Part shown: piece by piece, positions 58,912 to 64,000 of the stretch | How the letters are laid out: each line of letters begins with the position of its first letter | How positions within the stretch are numbered: position 1 is the first letter of the stretch | NCBI GenBank assembly: GCA_963845185.1 | Contig: CAWJRG010000010.1 | Location: forward strand, 544,001 to 608,000 | DNA length: 64,000 nucleotides | Direction: 5' to 3' | Origin: an uncultured bacterium | GTDB lineage: Bacteria; Oederibacteriota; PGYV01; CAWJRG01 | Notes under the pieces: generated by a model | The model's database searches: none | What the model saw: the letters and a program-made list of their open reading frames with translations, nothing else | Told to the model about the DNA's origin: nothing | Position numbers and translations under genes: made by a program

Positions 58912-59964
58912 TCATTTCCTAAATATGAATCCAGAACCAATAACACAATCATTTTTATAAAATACACAAAGTTGACCAGGTGTAACTGCAAATTGTGGTT
59001 CATGAAATTCTATTTTCCCAAGGTTTTCGGATAAATCTATTTCTGCCATGCTTGGTTTACTTTTATATCTGATTTTTACTTCAGCCTTAAACTTGCGGTT
59101 TTTATAATTAACGCAAAATAAATTAATATTTGTAATAATAAAATTATTTGAATATACCTTTTCTTTTTCGCCTATTATCACCCTCTTTTTTTTAGCGTCT
59201 ATTTCAACTACATAAAGCGGCCTGCCTGCAGCATACCTAAGCCCTTTACGCTGTCCTATTGTGTATTTAAAATAAGCCTCATCAATGCCCCCAAGTTTAT
59301 CCCCTTCGACAGAATAAAATGCGCCTTTTTCAACTTCTTTTAAATCCCTATTTTTTAAAATAAACTCATATGGTGTTTCCTTATCCTGCAAAAAACAAAC
59401 TTCCTGGCTTTCTTTCTTGCTCGTATCGAAACCCATATCGTTGGCTGTTTTTTTTACTTTTTCTTTGGTAAGCTCGCCCAGTGGAAATTTTATATACTTA
59501 AGATCCTTTGATTTAATCATACTTAAAAAATATTCCTGGGACTTTTTGTCGTCCGCACCTTTTTTTAAACAGTATTTGCCATTTTCCTTCTCAATACGCG
59601 CGTAGTGCCCGGTCGCAACATAATCAAATCCTATTTCCTTCATTTTTTTAATTAAAAACTTGAATTTAATCCTCTCGTTGCATATGACGCAGGGGTTTGG
59701 GGTTTTGCCTTTTAGATAATCGGAGATAAAATAGTTGACTACTTGTTTTTTGAATTCGCGCTTAGCGTTAATAACATAATGTTTAATGCCTAGTTTCCAG
59801 CAAGCTTTTTTCGCATCCATTATATCATCATAATCGCAGCAGCGTGACGCGCCATCCCATAGCTTTAGCGTCATGCCTATTACGTCATTACCCTGGCTTT
59901 TTAATATGGCAGCCGCTGTTGTCGAATCTATTCCGCCGCTCATTCCAATTATTATTTTTGACAT
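58912..59964 (-). CDS. mnmA: tRNA-specific 2-thiouridylase
   Basis: SGGIDS, TPNPCVICN, ATGHYA, ESQEVCF, TIGQRKGL, AVTPGQ. Confidence 0.95.
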   Translation of the reverse strand: MSKIIIGMSGGIDSTTAAAILKSQGNDVIGMTLKLWDGASRCCDYDDIMDAKKACWKLGIKHYVINAKREFKKQVVNYFISDYLKGKTPNPCVICNERIKFKFLIKKMKEIGFDYVATGHYARIEKENGKYCLKKGADDKKSQEYFLSMIKSKDLKYIKFPLGELTKEKVKKTANDMGFDTSKKESQEVCFLQDKETPYEFILKNRDLKEVEKGAFYSVEGDKLGGIDEAYFKYTIGQRKGLRYAAGRPLYVVEIDAKKKRVIIGEKEKVYSNNFIITNINLFCVNYKNRKFKAEVKIRYKSKPSMAEIDLSENLGKIEFHEPQFAVTPGQLCVFYKNDCVIGSGFIFRK

Positions 59965-60006
59965 AATTGGTTAACCTGTTAAAACTCAAAATCCAAATTT
60001 GACATG

Positions 60007-60381
60007 TTATTTGTGTTTGCTTTTATAATCTTCAATCGCAGCTTTTATGCCGTCCTCTGCAAGCAGTGAGCAGTGAAGTTTCTCCTTAGGCAGGCCTCCT
60101 AGAATTTCCACGATGCGCTTGTTTGTAACTTCAAGCGCCTCTTCTATTGTTTTGCCTTTGACAAGGTCTGTGGCAAGCGACGATGTTGCTATTGCAGCAA
60201 CGCATCCGAAAGTCTCAAACTTGCAATCTGTTATTTTGCCGTCATCAATTTTGATATATATCCACATTACATCCCCGCAAATAGGATTTCCGACTTTTCC
60301 TATTCCGTCGGCATTTTCAATTCTTCCCATATTTTTCATGTTTTTAAAATATTCCATTGTCTTCGGCGTGTACTGTAACAT
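60007..60381 (-). CDS. iscU: Fe-S cluster scaffold IscU/NifU-N
   Basis: NPICGD, FGCVAAIA, KLHCS. Confidence 0.93.
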   Translation of the reverse strand: MLQYTPKTMEYFKNMKNMGRIENADGIGKVGNPICGDVMWIYIKIDDGKITDCKFETFGCVAAIATSSLATDLVKGKTIEEALEVTNKRIVEILGGLPKEKLHCSLLAEDGIKAAIEDYKSKHK

Positions 60382-60405
60382 ATCTTTACCTCCTGATATC
60401 TGAAA

Positions 60406-61314
60406 TTACATCTTTACCATTCTTTCTATAGGAATTATTGCTTTCCTTATTATTTCCTCACTGATCTTGATTTCGGTGACTTCGTTCAAAAGTGATTTAT
60501 ATACATGCTCAAGCCTTGTAAGTTTCATATTAAAACATACCTGTGCGTTTCCAAGCGAAAAAAATTCGGCATCAGGTCTTTCCTTTTTAAGCCTGTGAAT
60601 ATGTCCCTCCTCGGTTCCTATTACGAATTTTTTTGCCGTGCTTTCCTTGACATACTTAATCATACCTGCGGTTGAAGCCACAACGTCTACAAGATCCAGT
60701 ACTTCAAGAAGGCATTCTGGATGCGCTAATATCTTTGCGTCCGGATGCGCTTTTCTTGCGTTCAATACATCTTCCTTTGTAAATTTCTGATGAACATAAC
60801 ACCTGCCGTTATGAACTATCAGTTCTTTTTCAGGCACATTTTTTTGTACCCACAGACCAAGGTTTCTGTCGGGCAAAAAAACAATCTTCTTGTTTTCTAT
60901 CTTTCTGACTATATCCACAGCATTCGCTGATGTTACGCAATAATCAAGTTTGGCCTTCACTACGGCGGTTGTGTTTACATACCCGACTAAGGCAGCATCC
61001 GTGTACTTCTTCCTGTATTCTTCCACTTCTTCCGGTGAAATGCATTCAGCCAGCTGGCATCCGGCGTCCTCCCGCGGTATTAAAACTTTTTTCTGCGGCG
61101 TTAGAATTTTTGCTGTCTCAGCCATGAATTTAACGCCACAAAAAACAATTATTTTTTCCTTGGCTACCGCGCATTTACGCGAGAGTTCGAGTGAATCACC
61201 TGTGAAATCAGCTATATCCTGCACGTCTGAAATCTGGTAATTATGCGCCACAATTAACGCATTCTTTTCTATTTTTAACTCTCTTATTTTATCAATGAGT
61301 TGCTCTTTTTCCAT
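60406..61314 (-). CDS. nadA: Quinolinate synthase
   Basis: AHNYQ, GDSLEL, FCGVKFMAE, YVNT, CVTSANA, AHPEC, CFNMK. Confidence 0.96.
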   Translation of the reverse strand: MEKEQLIDKIRELKIEKNALIVAHNYQISDVQDIADFTGDSLELSRKCAVAKEKIIVFCGVKFMAETAKILTPQKKVLIPREDAGCQLAECISPEEVEEYRKKYTDAALVGYVNTTAVVKAKLDYCVTSANAVDIVRKIENKKIVFLPDRNLGLWVQKNVPEKELIVHNGRCYVHQKFTKEDVLNARKAHPDAKILAHPECLLEVLDLVDVVASTAGMIKYVKESTAKKFVIGTEEGHIHRLKKERPDAEFFSLGNAQVCFNMKLTRLEHVYKSLLNEVTEIKISEEIIRKAIIPIERMVKM

Positions 61315-61357
61315 GTTTTACTCCTCCAGTATCATTTGTCTTGTTAAGTGATATTTA

Positions 61358-62590
61358 TTATTCATGTTCATGGTGGTGGTGATGATGCCCTGCATGGGGC
61401 GGATCATCACTCAAAAATTTGTCCTTTTCACGCCAGAAAGGCGATAAATTCCGTAATTTTTCCACAACAGGCGGGAGCACTTCAAGCACTTTGTTTATAT
61501 CCTCTTCTTTGCTGAATTTCCCCAGGCTGAAGCGTATGCTGCCGTGCGCTATTTCATGCGGCAGGCCGAGGGCTAAAAGCACGTGCGATGGATCCAGTGA
61601 CCCTGAAGTGCATGCAGAACCCGACGATGCACATATTCCTTCAAAATCCATATGTATCAGCATTCCCTCGCCTTCTATATATTTTACCGATACGTTCAAA
61701 GTATTATCCACTCTTTTTTCCGGATGACCATTAAGGATAACCTCCGGGATTTTATCCAGTATCTCTTTTTCCAGCCTGTCCCTTAATTGTTTAATTTCTA
61801 AATTATGTCCTTTTTTTAAATCGTTTACCGCAAGTTCGCACGCCTTACCGAGTCCTATGATTCCCGGGACATTCTCCGTGCCAGCCCTGCGATTATTTTC
61901 GTGGTGTCCGCCTATTAAAAGCGGGTTAATCCTGACACCTCTGCGTATGTAAAGAGCGCCCACTCCCTTCGGTCCGTAAATTTTATGGCCGGATATTGAA
62001 AGCATATCTGCGTTTAATTTTTTAACATCTATTTGCAATTTTCCTGCCGCCTGCACGGCGTCAGTATGAAAATATATTTTATTTTCCCTCGCCACTTTGC
62101 CTATTTCTTCTATCGGTTCGATGGTCCCAATCTCGTTATTTACATACATGACTGTTATAAGAATGGTATCCTTCCTTATTGCCTTTTTCAAATCTTCTAT
62201 TGCTATAATGCCGTATTTATCCACAGGCAGATAAGTAAGTTCATATCCCTGTTTTTCAAGATAACCACACATGTTTAAAACAGCGTGATGCTCTATTTTT
62301 GAGGTTATTATATGCCGGCCTTTTTCTTTTAAGGCTGTTGCTGTGCCCATTATCGCTGTATTGTCGGACTCTGTACCGCCCCCTGTAAAAACTATCTCTG
62401 CAGGATCAGCTCCTAAAAAATCAGCTACCTGTTTTCTTGCGTTTTCTATATCGAGCCTTATTTCTTGGGCAAATGTATAAACTCCGGAAGGATTTGCATA
62501 CCTATCTTTAAGGTACGGCTCCATTGCCGCGAAAACTTCCGGGTCTACCTGAGTAGTTGCATTATTATCTAGATAATAAATTTTTCCCAT
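61358..62590 (-). CDS. iscS: Cysteine desulfurase IscS/NifS
   Basis: YLDNNATT, HTDAVQ, SGHKIYGPKG, SSGSACTS; His-rich C-terminal tail. Confidence 0.96.
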   Translation of the reverse strand: MGKIYYLDNNATTQVDPEVFAAMEPYLKDRYANPSGVYTFAQEIRLDIENARKQVADFLGADPAEIVFTGGGTESDNTAIMGTATALKEKGRHIITSKIEHHAVLNMCGYLEKQGYELTYLPVDKYGIIAIEDLKKAIRKDTILITVMYVNNEIGTIEPIEEIGKVARENKIYFHTDAVQAAGKLQIDVKKLNADMLSISGHKIYGPKGVGALYIRRGVRINPLLIGGHHENNRRAGTENVPGIIGLGKACELAVNDLKKGHNLEIKQLRDRLEKEILDKIPEVILNGHPEKRVDNTLNVSVKYIEGEGMLIHMDFEGICASSGSACTSGSLDPSHVLLALGLPHEIAHGSIRFSLGKFSKEEDINKVLEVLPPVVEKLRNLSPFWREKDKFLSDDPPHAGHHHHHHEHE

Positions 62591-62641
62591 ATAAATCACC
62601 TCTATTTATCCGTCCCATAGCGGGACGTGCCTTAAAAATTG

Positions 62642-63079
62642 CTAAGCTTTTGCTTTTCCCTTTAAAGGACCTACTTTCATTATATTTGTTAGCGTTACTT
62701 TGCTTAAATACCTGTTGTTGTTCTCGTGAAGGTTCATCCAGATCTTTCTTATGCTGCAGTGGCTTGAGTTCTTGCACATCTTTATGTCGGTTACGCAACG
62801 CGAAGGCGTCTTTTTTGTTTCAACCGCTGTCAGAATATCAAGGACCTTTATCTTTCCGGGGCTTTTTACAAGCTTAAACCCGCCGTACTCTCCCATGCTG
62901 CTTTTCACAAGGCCTGCTTTCCTCAGGTTAACGAATATATTTTCAAGGTATCTGTGCGAAATTCCTTCTTTCGCACAAATTTCCTTTATTGTAACTGCCT
63001 TTTTTTTGTCCCTTTTTTGCGCCAACGCCATAAAGGCGAGGCCCCTTAAGGCATAATCGCCCTTCGTGGAAATATTCAA
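62642..63079 (-). CDS. Rrf2-family regulator (IscR-like, 3 Cys)
   Basis: STKGDYALR, RYLENIF, GEYGGF, C-x6-C-x5-C; first gene of the isc-type operon; TTG start. Confidence 0.9.
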   Translation of the reverse strand: MNISTKGDYALRGLAFMALAQKRDKKKAVTIKEICAKEGISHRYLENIFVNLRKAGLVKSSMGEYGGFKLVKSPGKIKVLDILTAVETKKTPSRCVTDIKMCKNSSHCSIRKIWMNLHENNNRYLSKVTLTNIMKVGPLKGKAKA

Positions 63080-63107
63080 ACCTACACCTCGTTTAAGAAT
63101 CTTTGTA

Positions 63108-63154
63108 TATCACCTATCTAGTGATAAAGTAAGCGATTTTTCCGCAACTGTCAA
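63108..63154 (-). promoter_or_regulatory. Promoter with adjacent inverted repeat (candidate Rrf2 operator)
   Basis: TTGACA-17 nt-TACTTT, immediately followed by TATCAC-N7-GTGATA. Confidence 0.55.
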
Positions 63155-63226
63155 TAAATATAATTTGTGATTTTATGTCCGTTTTTCCACTTTTATTTTT
63201 GTTTAATTATATGATATTTTTTCAGG

Positions 63227-63904
63227 CTAAACTTTAAATGTTTTCATTTTAAACGGCTTTCCGTGTCCCTGAAACACATTCCGTATATTCAGGCCCTTCA
63301 GCCTTTTAACACTTTCAGCCAATTCTTTTTCATCCGATATTATTATTGCCCAGCCATGATTGTTTATTGTATCGCCTGCAAAAAAATCATTCTCGTTTGT
63401 TAATATTCCTATCGATCCTTTTGTATGTCCCGGTATATGCAGCACCTTTGCGTCAAAACCGAATTTTTTCAGGTTCTGACCTTCTTCCAGGTAAATATCC
63501 GGTTTAAACTTTTCAAAACTATTGAGAGTTTTCTTGAATCTTTTTGAACGGCCCATGAATACGTGCATAAGCCTCATAAAAAAAGACTTCACTTTCCTTT
63601 TCGCAGCCATATCGCCGTTTTCAACCATAAAAGAATCATTTTTATGCATGGCGACTTTTGCTTTATATTTATCCCGAAGATAAACGCAATTTCCCGTATG
63701 GTCTATGTCCCCATGTGTTGCTACTATAAGCTTTAGGCTTCCGGGCAGGCACCCGGCTTGTTCAAGTTCTTTTTCAACGGCTTTGCGCGAAAATGGCATG
63801 CCCGTATCAATAAGAATAAAACCGGAATCAGTTCTTACTAGATAACAATTTACAAAACCCAAATTGATAGTTTTAATTTCACAAGTCATTTTTAGCTCCT
63901 CCAT
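63227..63904 (-). CDS. MBL-fold metallo-hydrolase
   Basis: LIDTG, THGDIDHTG, PGHTKGS, AGD, GHG. Confidence 0.9.
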   Translation of the reverse strand: MEELKMTCEIKTINLGFVNCYLVRTDSGFILIDTGMPFSRKAVEKELEQAGCLPGSLKLIVATHGDIDHTGNCVYLRDKYKAKVAMHKNDSFMVENGDMAAKRKVKSFFMRLMHVFMGRSKRFKKTLNSFEKFKPDIYLEEGQNLKKFGFDAKVLHIPGHTKGSIGILTNENDFFAGDTINNHGWAIIISDEKELAESVKRLKGLNIRNVFQGHGKPFKMKTFKV

Positions 63905-64000
63905 ATAAATTAAAGTTATCTGAGTTATTTAACAATAAAAATGATTTTTATAGTCAATTTTTATTTTCCCTTTGTGCTTGGAGGCTGAAATCTAATTTTC

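Noticed and set aside
1..64000. tRNA, rRNA or prophage genes
   Set aside because: No cloverleaf, rRNA-like or phage structural signatures were recognised by eye; a tRNAscan/Infernal run would be needed to exclude them fully.

Overview
Low-GC bacterial chromosomal window, almost all genes on the minus strand, with gene content typical of an anaerobe. No rRNA, tRNA or CRISPR array was recognised. Content in order: (1) GT4/ABC exporter/rmuC/VTT/rubredoxin genes; (2) an accessory stretch with a secreted clan GH-A hydrolase, an IS3-interrupted pseudogene, tspO and an AbiE toxin-antitoxin pair whose toxin is frameshifted; (3) a ~16 kb co-directional run from an Rrf2 regulator through oxygen/ROS-detoxification genes (fprA split by IS1380, dfx, rbr, 2-oxoacid:ferredoxin oxidoreductase, peroxiredoxin, nitroreductase) to pentose-phosphate genes (tkt, gnd, zwf, pgl); (4) a signalling cluster; (5) copZA; (6) small redox genes, a radical SAM gene and dgt; (7) three tandem uncharacterised paralogues with shared head and tail and variable-length charged helical rods; (8) pcrA, an HD-GYP gene and an Rrf2-iscS-nadA-iscU-mnmA operon. 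Highlights: two 1614-bp IS1182-family copies each sit in the central 4 bp of a 28-bp GTAGAGA...TCTCTAC REP-like palindrome, and their ends resemble the target arm. The head-rod-tail paralogue triplet has 45/52-aa rod repeats and abuts dgt. Several small intergenic repeat families are present, including heptamer hairpins placed just 5' of Shine-Dalgarno sites. Family names come from motif recognition only; no searches were run.
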